From an uncultured virus (IMG/VR IMGVR_UViG_3300025407_000887) (taxonomy: Duplodnaviria; Heunggongvirae; Uroviricota; Caudoviricetes): a stretch of DNA of 20,000 bases. Location: the IMG/VR virus record IMGVR_UViG_3300025407_000887. The stretch is one strand, 5' to 3'. The notes beneath the pieces were generated by a model that saw nothing but the letters and a program-made list of their open reading frames with translations, ran no database searches and had not been told where the DNA came from. Positions 1-7,758 of the stretch are shown in pieces; the first letter of the stretch is position 1, and each line of letters begins with the position of its first letter. The position numbers were made by a program, and so were the translations under genes.

Positions 1-136
1 CTTGCAAATTCCAGAAAGAGATGTTACACTAGAACGTAAACATCCAAAGCTAAAGAAGTTATATGATGACTACATCAATGCTTTGGGCAAATATAGAACA
101 TTTGAAGCAATTAAAGGAGATGAAGATGCAAGTTGA
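1..136 (+). CDS. Partial (3' end) hypothetical protein running in from the left edge
   Basis: Frame 2 is open from position 2 (LQIPERDVTLERKHPKLKKLYDDYINALGKYRTFEAIKGDEDAS) to TGA 134-136 and overlaps the start of the next gene. Not in the ORF track; read by eye. Confidence 0.6.
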   Translation, partial: LQIPERDVTLERKHPKLKKLYDDYINALGKYRTFEAIKGDEDAS

Positions 137-365
137 ACAATTACACGAATCAATTAAAGATACCTACAAAGAAATAGTTATCAAAGAACAAGAAGGTTTT
201 CGACTTGTGTTAAAGAAACACGAAGTACTTGCTCCAAAAGGTTTGTTTGCTCTTGATTTAGAACAGCAACATTTAAAAGATGGCGAAGTTGTTGACTCAC
301 AAACATATAATTTCTTTATGACTAAGGAAGAATGCCAAACATTGGCAAGTGGCCTAACAGCATGA
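126..365 (+). CDS. Hypothetical protein (~79 aa, MQVEQLHESIK...)
   Basis: ORF 63..365. AAGGAG at 114-119 favours ATG 126. The stop overlaps the next ATG (ATGA 362-365). Confidence 0.65.
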   Translation: MQVEQLHESIKDTYKEIVIKEQEGFRLVLKKHEVLAPKGLFALDLEQQHLKDGEVVDSQTYNFFMTKEECQTLASGLTA

Positions 366-853
366 AAAAAATCCACTACACTTGGCAACAAGTCGAAGGA
401 GCGGTATTAGATATCGCTCGCCAAATGTCGGCACACTATTGGCGTCCCGACTATATTGTAGGTATAACCCGCGGTGGACTTGTGCCAGCTAATTTATTAA
501 GTCAGTATACCGGTATTCCGATGAAATCGTTAGACGTAAGTCTACGCGACGGAGGAGATTGTGTTAGTAACTGTAATATGGCCGAAGATGCTTATGAAGG
601 TAAACGGATTCTTGTTGTTGATGACATCAATGATCAAGGATCTACTGTCGCTTGGATTAAAAAAGATTGGCAATCTAGTTGTTTACCCGGTGAGACCCAA
701 TGGCAATATGTTTGGGGCGATACAGTTCGCTTTGCAGTTTTAACACACAACCTCAGCAGTGAATTCAAAGACCCAGACTATTATGTTTGGTCTGTAAACA
801 AAGCAGAAGAAGACTGCTGGTTAGTTTATCCTTGGGAGGATTTTTGGTTATGA
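362..853 (+). CDS. Type I phosphoribosyltransferase (xanthine/guanine PRTase-like)
   Basis: IVGITRGGLVPA motif, PRPP-binding loop RILVVDDINDQGST and C-terminal WLVYPWE, all typical of Gpt-like PRTases. Start taken at ATG 362 (ATGA coupling). Confidence 0.85.
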   Translation: MKKIHYTWQQVEGAVLDIARQMSAHYWRPDYIVGITRGGLVPANLLSQYTGIPMKSLDVSLRDGGDCVSNCNMAEDAYEGKRILVVDDINDQGSTVAWIKKDWQSSCLPGETQWQYVWGDTVRFAVLTHNLSSEFKDPDYYVWSVNKAEEDCWLVYPWEDFWL

Positions 854-1047
854 CTATGACTTCAGCATTAATAAAACTTACATTTGGTATTGCATTTATT
901 GTAATTGCAGTTGTATTTGGACCCCTTGTAGGTATTTGGAGTTTGAATACTTTATTTCCAGTATTAAATATCCCATTTACTTGGCAAACTTGGTTAGCTT
1001 TCAATGTATTATTTGGAGGCAGTCTTGCTACGAGGTTAAAGAAATGA
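850..1047 (+). CDS. Small hypothetical membrane protein
   Basis: ATGA overlaps at both ends (850-853, 1044-1047). Hydrophobic stretches FGIAFIVIAVVFGPLVGIW and WLAFNVLFGG. Confidence 0.7.
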   Translation: MTMTSALIKLTFGIAFIVIAVVFGPLVGIWSLNTLFPVLNIPFTWQTWLAFNVLFGGSLATRLKK

Positions 1048-1202
1048 ATGAGTTAACTGTTTCAGAAATTGAAGATAAGATTAAAAAAGTCGAAGAAGAT
1101 TTGAGATCTGCCGATACAGAAAATGCACGTATGGCACTAACTAGCTACATTGATTATCTTCAAGATGAATTAAAAGAAGCAAAATTAAATGGACGTTACT
1201 GA
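1044..1202 (+). CDS. Small hypothetical coiled-coil protein (MNELTVSEIEDKIKK...)
   Basis: ATG 1044 is coupled to the upstream stop; charged amphipathic helix pattern. Confidence 0.6.
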   Translation: MNELTVSEIEDKIKKVEEDLRSADTENARMALTSYIDYLQDELKEAKLNGRY

Positions 1203-1407
1203 TATCCTTTGGGAAATCAAAGTACCTTGGCAGGGTCAAAAAGAATATTGGTGGAATGAATTATGTGCCGATATTGTAGAAGTGTTTGGATTGCCCGGTG
1301 ATAGATATACTAGTCATCCCCATACTAATTGTATGTTTTTTCGTTTTAAATCAAAAAAAGATTACCATTTATGCAAAATACTTTTATCAGACAAAATTGG
1401 GATGTAA
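1189..1407 (+). CDS. Hypothetical protein (72 aa)
   Basis: ORF tiles between its neighbours and is Trp-rich (WWNELCADIVEVFGLPGDRY). No family recognised. Confidence 0.65.
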   Translation: MDVTDILWEIKVPWQGQKEYWWNELCADIVEVFGLPGDRYTSHPHTNCMFFRFKSKKDYHLCKILLSDKIGM

Positions 1408-1574
1408 TCACAATCCTTATTATAGCATTAACTGCCTGCATCTATACAGCATGGTATGTAACTGTACATCCTGCCATTACTGTAAAATATGATTGTTCAA
1501 TTTCGGAAATTAGTCCTGACTATCCTATACCTGTTAAAGAAGCATGCCGTAAACTTCGAGCACAAAATAATTGA
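1371..1574 (+). CDS. Small hypothetical membrane-anchored protein
   Basis: One hydrophobic helix (VITILIIALTACIYTAWYV) followed by YDCSISEISPDYPIPVKEACRK. Start position uncertain. Confidence 0.6.
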   Translation: MQNTFIRQNWDVITILIIALTACIYTAWYVTVHPAITVKYDCSISEISPDYPIPVKEACRKLRAQNN

Positions 1575-1600
1575 CAACGACCTAAATAAACCTATATAAT
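1571..1600 (+). promoter_or_regulatory. Sigma70-type promoter upstream of folE
   Basis: TTGACA 1571-1576, 18-nt spacer, TATAAT 1595-1600, AGGAG 1608-1612, ATG 1618. Confidence 0.75.
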
Positions 1601-1617
1601 AACACATAGGAGTAATA

Positions 1618-2388
1618 ATGACTGAATCCAGAATATACGAACACGAAAACATTCTTGCTGGCGCAGAACAGCAAGGCGATGATGACAAAAATTATAAAGA
1701 ATGTAATCTAGCAGATGTTATCCGCTTTCAAATGAAACGACGAGGCAAACGTTTTTGGGCCGGTGACAACATTAGCGAGTTTGTCGACGAAGAACAAAAA
1801 GAAGTCTTAATCGAAGAAGCTACTAAGGCTTTTGAAAAAGTATTAGATTGTTTGCTTATTGATCGTGAAAATGATCCTAATAGCAAAGGTACAGCCAAGC
1901 GATTAGCTAAAATGTATTTCAACGAAATAATGAGTGGCAGATATGAACCAGCACCAGACGCAACAGCATTTCCCAACGACTCGGTGGATCGATACGAAGG
2001 TATGTTGGTGGTACGTAGTGAGCTCCGCTCTATGTGCAGTCATCATCATCAGCCCGTTACTGGTGTCGCTTACATTGGCATCATCGCCGCACAAAAACTT
2101 ATTGGTTTGTCTAAGTACACTCGTATTGCTCAGTGGTGTGCTCGTCGCGGGACTCTCCAGGAAGAGTTGTGTAACGATATTGCTAGGGAAATCCAAAAAG
2201 CTACAGGAGCCATGGATTTAGGTGTGTATATTCAAGCTACACATGGTTGCTGTGAGAATCGCGGTATTATGGCCAAGAGTAGTTTAACACAGACCACAGT
2301 ACTCAAAGGTGCGTTTACTAATGATGCTGGCACAAAGAAAGAATTCTTTGACAATATTAAAATGCAACAGGAGTATGCTTCTAAATGA
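1618..2388 (+). CDS. folE: GTP cyclohydrolase I (FolE type)
   Basis: DPNSKGTAKRLAKMY, Zn-ligand motifs SMCSHH and ATHGCCENRG, plus GLSK and LQEEL. N-terminal extension relative to the core domain. Confidence 0.93.
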   Translation: MTESRIYEHENILAGAEQQGDDDKNYKECNLADVIRFQMKRRGKRFWAGDNISEFVDEEQKEVLIEEATKAFEKVLDCLLIDRENDPNSKGTAKRLAKMYFNEIMSGRYEPAPDATAFPNDSVDRYEGMLVVRSELRSMCSHHHQPVTGVAYIGIIAAQKLIGLSKYTRIAQWCARRGTLQEELCNDIAREIQKATGAMDLGVYIQATHGCCENRGIMAKSSLTQTTVLKGAFTNDAGTKKEFFDNIKMQQEYASK

Positions 2389-2753
2389 CTGACCTAAGAA
2401 TACAAGTACCAGCTGAAGGTATTATGCAAACTAACGACTGGGGTAAGAGTAAAGTCTACCGAGTTGCCTGTGAGTGTGGTGCTTCTGAGCACGATCATCA
2501 TGTATGGGTAGAAGCTGACGATCATGGCGAAGTCAGTGTTACTGTTTATACAACTGTAAGAAGCAATTGGTGGAGCAAGGATCGCTGGCATCATATTTGG
2601 ACATTGTTAACTAAAGGCTATATCGATACAGAGTCTACCCTAGTTATGCGTAAACAACAAGCATTTAACTATGCTCATACACTATTAAGTGCTGTTGAAG
2701 ATGTTGAAAAATTCAAAGAGGAACGAGATGCAGAACGCCAAACAAATAACTGA
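2385..2753 (+). CDS. Hypothetical protein with CECGxxxHxH putative metal-binding motif
   Basis: ATGA-coupled to folE; contains YRVACECGASEHDHHVW. Confidence 0.75.
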   Translation: MTDLRIQVPAEGIMQTNDWGKSKVYRVACECGASEHDHHVWVEADDHGEVSVTVYTTVRSNWWSKDRWHHIWTLLTKGYIDTESTLVMRKQQAFNYAHTLLSAVEDVEKFKEERDAERQTNN

Positions 2754-2958
2754 TGAATTAATTCACCGTATGAAAACTACAGACCTAAATAAGTTTGAGA
2801 TCAAACGTGAAGTCGGTGACAATTGGATTCCTAATGGAACTGTTCCTTTTGATATTAGTGCTAGTAAAGGTATCGCTACATTTACAGTATGGGCAGAAAG
2901 TATACAAGATGCAGAAGATCAAGTAAGTCAATATTTAGAGAAAGATGAAGATGAGTAA
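2728..2958 (+). CDS. Hypothetical protein (MQNAKQITDEL...)
   Basis: GAGGA at 2718-2722 precedes ATG 2728. The stop overlaps the queE start region. Confidence 0.7.
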   Translation: MQNAKQITDELIHRMKTTDLNKFEIKREVGDNWIPNGTVPFDISASKGIATFTVWAESIQDAEDQVSQYLEKDEDE

Positions 2959-3796
2959 AATTAAAATTGCAGAATTATTTTATAGTGTACAGGGCGAGGG
3001 TAGATATATGGGAGTACCTAGCGTGTTCCTTAGAACTTTTGGCTGCAATTTTTCTTGTAAGGGCTTCGGTATGCCACGTGGTGAGTTAAGTACGGAAGCA
3101 GAAGATATTTCAGAAGTAGTACATTTATATAACAAGTATGAAGAACTTCCGTTAGTTTCTACTGGTTGCGATAGTTATGCTAGCTGGCATCCTAGTTTTA
3201 AAGATCTAAGTCCAATGCTTACTAGTGAAGCTATCACAGATCGTATTATGGAAATTATTCCACATGGTGAATGGCACGACGAGCATTTAGTTATTACAGG
3301 CGGTGAACCTTTACTAGGTTGGCAACGTGCTTATCCAGACTTATTGAACAATCCTAAAATGAAGGCATTAAAAGAGATCACGTTTGAAACAAACGGTACT
3401 CAGAAACTTACGCCAGAGTTTAAAGGATACTTGACTAAATGGAATAGTGAAGTAGGTAAAGAACTTACATTCAGTGTAAGTGCTAAACTTCCGGCTAGTG
3501 GTGAAAAGTGGGAGGAAGCTATTCTCCCAGAAGTTGTTTGTGAATATGAACAAGTTGGAACAACGTATTTGAAATTTGTAGTAGCAACAGAAGAGGATGT
3601 TAAAGATGCAGAACGAGCAGTTAAACAATTTAGAGAAGCGGGTTTTAAAGGTCACGTATATCTTATGCCTGTCGGTGGTGTTGAGTCTGTTTATAATCTC
3701 AATGCTAAAGCCATTGCCCTTGCCGCAATGAAGCGTGGCTGGCGTTATAGCGATAGATTGCAAGTTCCATTATTTAAAAACGAATGGGGTACCTAA
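2951..3796 (+). CDS. queE: 7-carboxy-7-deazaguanine synthase QueE (radical SAM)
   Basis: Signatures ELFYSVQGEG, PSVFLRTFGCNFSC...GCDS, VITGGEPLL, FETNGT, SVSAK, YLKFVV, VYLMP and YSDRLQV. Located two genes after folE. Alternative start at 2945. Confidence 0.9.
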   Translation: MSKIKIAELFYSVQGEGRYMGVPSVFLRTFGCNFSCKGFGMPRGELSTEAEDISEVVHLYNKYEELPLVSTGCDSYASWHPSFKDLSPMLTSEAITDRIMEIIPHGEWHDEHLVITGGEPLLGWQRAYPDLLNNPKMKALKEITFETNGTQKLTPEFKGYLTKWNSEVGKELTFSVSAKLPASGEKWEEAILPEVVCEYEQVGTTYLKFVVATEEDVKDAERAVKQFREAGFKGHVYLMPVGGVESVYNLNAKAIALAAMKRGWRYSDRLQVPLFKNEWGT

Positions 3797-3936
3797 TGTT
3801 AGAGATGATTGTTGCATTACTTTTAGTAGCAGTTTTAATAGGAGTGATTATGATTAATACTCCTAAAAATAATACGGCATGTACTGGTAATTGCCGACAA
3901 GGTAGACTTTGTGATTGTAAGGATAAAAATGATTAA
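3796..3936 (+). CDS. 46-aa Cys-rich membrane microprotein (not in ORF track)
   Basis: TAATG coupling to the queE stop. Translates as MLEMIVALLLVAVLIGVIMINTPKNNTACTGNCRQGRLCDCKDKND. TAA 3934-3936 overlaps the start of the next gene. Confidence 0.7.
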   Translation: MLEMIVALLLVAVLIGVIMINTPKNNTACTGNCRQGRLCDCKDKND

Positions 3937-4357
3937 ACTATTAAAAAAATGGATGGGAATTGATAAGTTAGAAGCAAACTTAGAAAATCTTAAAAAACAA
4001 GAAGCCGATGCTATTGCATCAACAGCTACAGCTCAACAAGCTGAACAAAAAGCAAAGATGACTCCAAAAGAACGTGCCACTGCCAAAGGTGAGCCGTGGG
4101 TAGCTGTTTTGGACACCCATGTTAATAAAGATAATATTAGAAATGGATTCTTTGAGCTTGACTGGAACCCAGAATTTATTGTACAATTAAAGCAAGAGGG
4201 CTACGGATTTGAAGGTGATCCAGAAGAGGAAATTGTGGATCGTTGGTTCCGAGATTTGGCAAGAAACATGTTAGCCGAAGAAGGACAAGACACAAGTCGT
4301 GGCATGGGTTATATTAACGTAAGTAAATTGCCTAATGGCAGAGCACAAATAGAATGA
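3929..4357 (+). CDS. Hypothetical protein (N-terminal coiled coil; GFFELDWN motif)
   Basis: ATG 3929 follows AAGGA; ATGA-coupled to the nuclease gene. Confidence 0.75.
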   Translation: MIKLLKKWMGIDKLEANLENLKKQEADAIASTATAQQAEQKAKMTPKERATAKGEPWVAVLDTHVNKDNIRNGFFELDWNPEFIVQLKQEGYGFEGDPEEEIVDRWFRDLARNMLAEEGQDTSRGMGYINVSKLPNGRAQIE

Positions 4358-5349
4358 CATACATTATAGTAGATACTGCTAACACTTTCTTTCGTGCTAG
4401 ACACGTTGTTCAAGGCAGTGCCGATATCAAACTTGGCATGGCCTTTCATATTACACTCAACAGTATCAAAAAAGCATGGCAAGATTTTAACGGTAGTCAT
4501 ATTGTTTTCTGCCTCGAAGGTCGCTCGTGGCGTAAGGACTACTACAAGCCTTACAAAGCAAATAGGCAAGAAACTCGTGCGGCTATGACGCAGAAAGAAC
4601 AAGATGAAGACAAGTTATTCTGGGAAGCATTTGACGAGTTTAAAAATTTCATTACAGAAAAGACCAATGCTACTGTAATGCAACATCCTAATCTAGAAGC
4701 TGACGATTTAATTGCTGGTTGGATACAGGCGCATCCAGATGCAAAACACGTTATTGTTTCAACAGATGGAGATTTTGCACAACTTATCGGTCCTAATGTA
4801 AGTCAGTACAACGGTGTAGGTGATTTACATATTACACACGAAGGAACATTCGATGCCAAAGGTAAACCCGTTAAAGACAAAAAGACAGGCGAGCCTAAAC
4901 CAGCACAAGACCCAGAGTGGATGCTGTTCGAAAAATGCATGCGTGGTGATACCAGTGATAATGTCTTCTCGGCGTATCCAGGTGTGCGTACTAAAGGTTC
5001 TAAAAACAAAGTTGGTCTTACTGAAGCGTTCGAAGACCGTAAAAGCAAAGGATTTGCGTGGAACAATCTCATGCTTCAGAGATGGGTTGACCACAATGGA
5101 GTCGAACACAGAGTTTTAGAAGATTATCATCGTAATGTTCAATTATGCGATCTTACAGCACAACCAGAAGATATTAAAGTTAAAATTAGAGAAACTATCG
5201 AAGCTAATGCAAAACCTAAAACAGTAGATCAGGTTGGTATCCGTATGCTAAAATTCTGCAATGCATGGGATATGAAGAAAATTGCAGACAACATTCAGCA
5301 GTATGCAGAACCGTTCCAAGCAAAGTATCCAGAAAAGGAAACAGTATAA
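4354..5349 (+). CDS. rnh: 5'-3' exonuclease / flap nuclease, T4 RNase H-like
   Basis: Acidic active-site motifs IIVDTAN, YKANR, LEADDLIA, STDGDF and H3TH-region GDTSDNV, typical of the FEN/Pol I 5'-nuclease family. Confidence 0.88.
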   Translation: MTYIIVDTANTFFRARHVVQGSADIKLGMAFHITLNSIKKAWQDFNGSHIVFCLEGRSWRKDYYKPYKANRQETRAAMTQKEQDEDKLFWEAFDEFKNFITEKTNATVMQHPNLEADDLIAGWIQAHPDAKHVIVSTDGDFAQLIGPNVSQYNGVGDLHITHEGTFDAKGKPVKDKKTGEPKPAQDPEWMLFEKCMRGDTSDNVFSAYPGVRTKGSKNKVGLTEAFEDRKSKGFAWNNLMLQRWVDHNGVEHRVLEDYHRNVQLCDLTAQPEDIKVKIRETIEANAKPKTVDQVGIRMLKFCNAWDMKKIADNIQQYAEPFQAKYPEKETV

Positions 5350-6266
5350 TGGCAACTAGAGAAGAAAAACAAGAATTGATGGAAATTCTTAAATTTACAC
5401 CACGTACTTATAAAATCTCAATGTGGGGTTACGGTGGTGAAAAAGTCATGGGTACCGTAGATCGAAAGATTTATGATTACTTTAAACAACGTAGGCTTGA
5501 TCTAAGCGACTATTGCTGGAACAGTGACTATGCAGAAGATCATAACATTCCTGAAGACATGCAACCTTTTCCTTCTGGTAGCTGGTACGAAGGCGACGGC
5601 ATGGGTCATGCAGGTGGAGTAAGTCGTAGTGCTGGCACACTACAGATTGAAGACGAAAACGGTAATACTGTCTTTGAACGCAGTTTAGAAGATATGGACG
5701 GCGGCAGCGATGACAGTGTAGAATGGGAATGTAACGATGAAGTCTGGATTGGTAGTCAACCTGACGGTACTGTGGTATTCCTTGGTAACTCAAATGAAAA
5801 AGGTACATTCTTTGAAGCAGACTTAGAATTAAAAATGCCTTTTGATATTACTAAATTAACACTAGGCTACGATGAAATTGACGGTGAAGAAATTGTTAAT
5901 GCTGTAAAATACGATGGCGAGGATATTGACAACTGGGGCGGCAGTACTGATGGCAAAAGTAGTGACTTTGGTTTCTATATTGCCGGCAGTAAAGATGCTA
6001 CGGGCAAGTGGGAAAAGTACACCAACATGGATGATATTGAATATCCCATGACCGAATGGTTCCCTAAAAAGAGCAAACCTGTCCGTGTAGGCAATTACAT
6101 GATTAAAACCGCAGGTAAAAAGTCCTGGACTCATCGAGGGCTTTGGACTGGTACAAAATGGGTAAGCTCATGGACCGAAGAATCAGAATTTGACACAGCA
6201 GAAGAAATCAAAATTAAAGAATGGCAAGGACTTGCCATTGATCCAGATGCAGAGGCATCGGTATAA
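5349..6266 (+). CDS. Acidic hypothetical protein (~305 aa) with a distinct Trp-rich basic C-terminal domain
   Basis: TAATG coupling at 5347-5351 (MATREEKQ...) and at 6264-6268; long ORF. Confidence 0.8.
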   Translation: MATREEKQELMEILKFTPRTYKISMWGYGGEKVMGTVDRKIYDYFKQRRLDLSDYCWNSDYAEDHNIPEDMQPFPSGSWYEGDGMGHAGGVSRSAGTLQIEDENGNTVFERSLEDMDGGSDDSVEWECNDEVWIGSQPDGTVVFLGNSNEKGTFFEADLELKMPFDITKLTLGYDEIDGEEIVNAVKYDGEDIDNWGGSTDGKSSDFGFYIAGSKDATGKWEKYTNMDDIEYPMTEWFPKKSKPVRVGNYMIKTAGKKSWTHRGLWTGTKWVSSWTEESEFDTAEEIKIKEWQGLAIDPDAEASV

Positions 6267-7003
6267 TGTTATTTTTCTTTAAACCATCTGTTATTACTGT
6301 AGATTGTTTCTGTAATGATGAAATTATTTTTAGTAATTTCAAACCTGACAGGGCAAATAAATTTGTCCCTGAATATTGGAAATCTTTACCAGCTTATTTA
6401 GAACAATCTGTAAGAGGTAATAATTCCGATAGTCAGTTAAAAATACAAGTAGGAACATTGAAAAAATGTAACGGCTTTACTGACTTGTTTAGTAACGGAT
6501 TTATTATTCCTAGTTGGGGTGATTTTCAAATAGAAGTATTAAAAGATGGTAAGTTTATAGTTGCAGGGCATCAAACTACAGAACCAAATGTTAGAGTATC
6601 CAACCATAGTAAGCTACAATATGGATACGAACTTTATAAAAACTCAGGACATGTTAAAATAGAAAGTCCTTGGTTTTTAAAAGAAAAGACAGGTGTTAAA
6701 TTTGTTTGGAATGGGTGCAGTTGGCATAATACAGATAATTTAGAAAATTTCTATGTTCTGTCAGCAATCGTAGACTACAAATATCAGGCAGGAACTAATA
6801 TCAATGCATTCCAGCGTAAGAATACTATAGTAAAATTCAATGCCGGCGATCCGTTGGTACATGTTATTCCTATGAGTGAAAAGAAACTTAAAATGAAACA
6901 TCATCTAGTTAGTAGAGATGAATATGAAAAAATGTTGACTAAAGAACAGTCAACCGTACATTATCACAATGCAAGAGAATTAAGAGCTAAATGTCCAATC
7001 TAA
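6266..7003 (+). CDS. Hypothetical protein, possible dUTPase-like beta-clip fold
   Basis: 245-aa ORF with motifs KKCNG..D..GFIIPSWGD, KIESPW, AIVD and AGDPLVHVIP. The fold assignment is a weak inference. Confidence 0.7.
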   Translation: MLFFFKPSVITVDCFCNDEIIFSNFKPDRANKFVPEYWKSLPAYLEQSVRGNNSDSQLKIQVGTLKKCNGFTDLFSNGFIIPSWGDFQIEVLKDGKFIVAGHQTTEPNVRVSNHSKLQYGYELYKNSGHVKIESPWFLKEKTGVKFVWNGCSWHNTDNLENFYVLSAIVDYKYQAGTNINAFQRKNTIVKFNAGDPLVHVIPMSEKKLKMKHHLVSRDEYEKMLTKEQSTVHYHNARELRAKCPI

Positions 7004-7011
7004 GGAAAAAT

Positions 7012-7494
7012 ATGATGACAGAGATACACGCAAAACCAATTGTAGATGGAAAATTTTGGATCGTTGAACAAGACGGAACTAAAATTGCTACACTACATAA
7101 AAAAGAAAACAATAAATTTGTCTTGAGTAGTACTAAAGGCGAAGTGATGTTTAATAAAAAAGATGATTTGACTAAACAATTCGGTACTGAGTTCTTCTTG
7201 TCTAGTACCAAAGTTAAAGTTACAGCATCAGACGTACACGAGTGTCATGGTTATCCTACTAGTGTTAAACCTTACAATGCCATGTACGATATAAGACATA
7301 AACTACCATTATTCACTAAAAGCAATGCTAGTAAAAGTTTGTATTGTGCAGGTTATTACACAATTCAATTTAACAAAGGTTGGGTCAAATCATTTTGTCC
7401 TAAACTAATTACATTAGAACGTAATCCTTATAAAGGTCCGTTTAAAACTGAATTTGAAATGAAACAGGTGCTTGCTAATGCAAAATCAGATTAA
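7012..7494 (+). CDS. Hypothetical phage protein
   Basis: AAGGA at ~7002-7006 precedes ATG 7012. Aromatic-rich C-terminus SLYCAGYY...SFCPKLITLERNPYKGPFKT. Confidence 0.8.
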   Translation: MMTEIHAKPIVDGKFWIVEQDGTKIATLHKKENNKFVLSSTKGEVMFNKKDDLTKQFGTEFFLSSTKVKVTASDVHECHGYPTSVKPYNAMYDIRHKLPLFTKSNASKSLYCAGYYTIQFNKGWVKSFCPKLITLERNPYKGPFKTEFEMKQVLANAKSD

Positions 7495-7723
7495 TTTAAC
7501 TCCCATTACACAATTTATTCAGGTACTCCGTAGTGCAGAACTTGCTCAACAAAAAGAAATAAAAATACCTATTCAAACTGCCAGGTTGCTAAGTTTGGCA
7601 CTTAATGAAATACAAGATAAGTTACTGCAAGATTACGAAAGTATGTATAATACGCTTAAACGTAGTCAAGAAACCGAAATTGTACAAGTTCAACTAGATG
7701 GTGGTGGGTTCGAAGACAAATAA
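7478..7723 (+). CDS. Hypothetical protein ending in DGGGF motif
   Basis: ATG 7478 (MQNQINLTP...) overlaps the upstream gene end; helical composition. Confidence 0.7.
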   Translation: MQNQINLTPITQFIQVLRSAELAQQKEIKIPIQTARLLSLALNEIQDKLLQDYESMYNTLKRSQETEIVQVQLDGGGFEDK

Positions 7724-7724
7724 G

Positions 7725-7732
7725 TATAAATA
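7725..7732 (+). promoter_or_regulatory. T4-late-like promoter box TATAAATA
   Basis: Exact TATAAATA in the short intergenic gap, 26 nt upstream of ATG 7759. Confidence 0.5.
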
Positions 7733-7758
7733 TACGTAGTTAATTGGATACGTATATT

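Noticed and set aside
2951..3796. Calling the radical SAM gene nrdG (anaerobic RNR activase)
   Set aside because: The FYSVQGEG, ETNGT, LKFVV, LMP and RLQ motifs and the proximity to folE fit QueE, and no nrdD is nearby.
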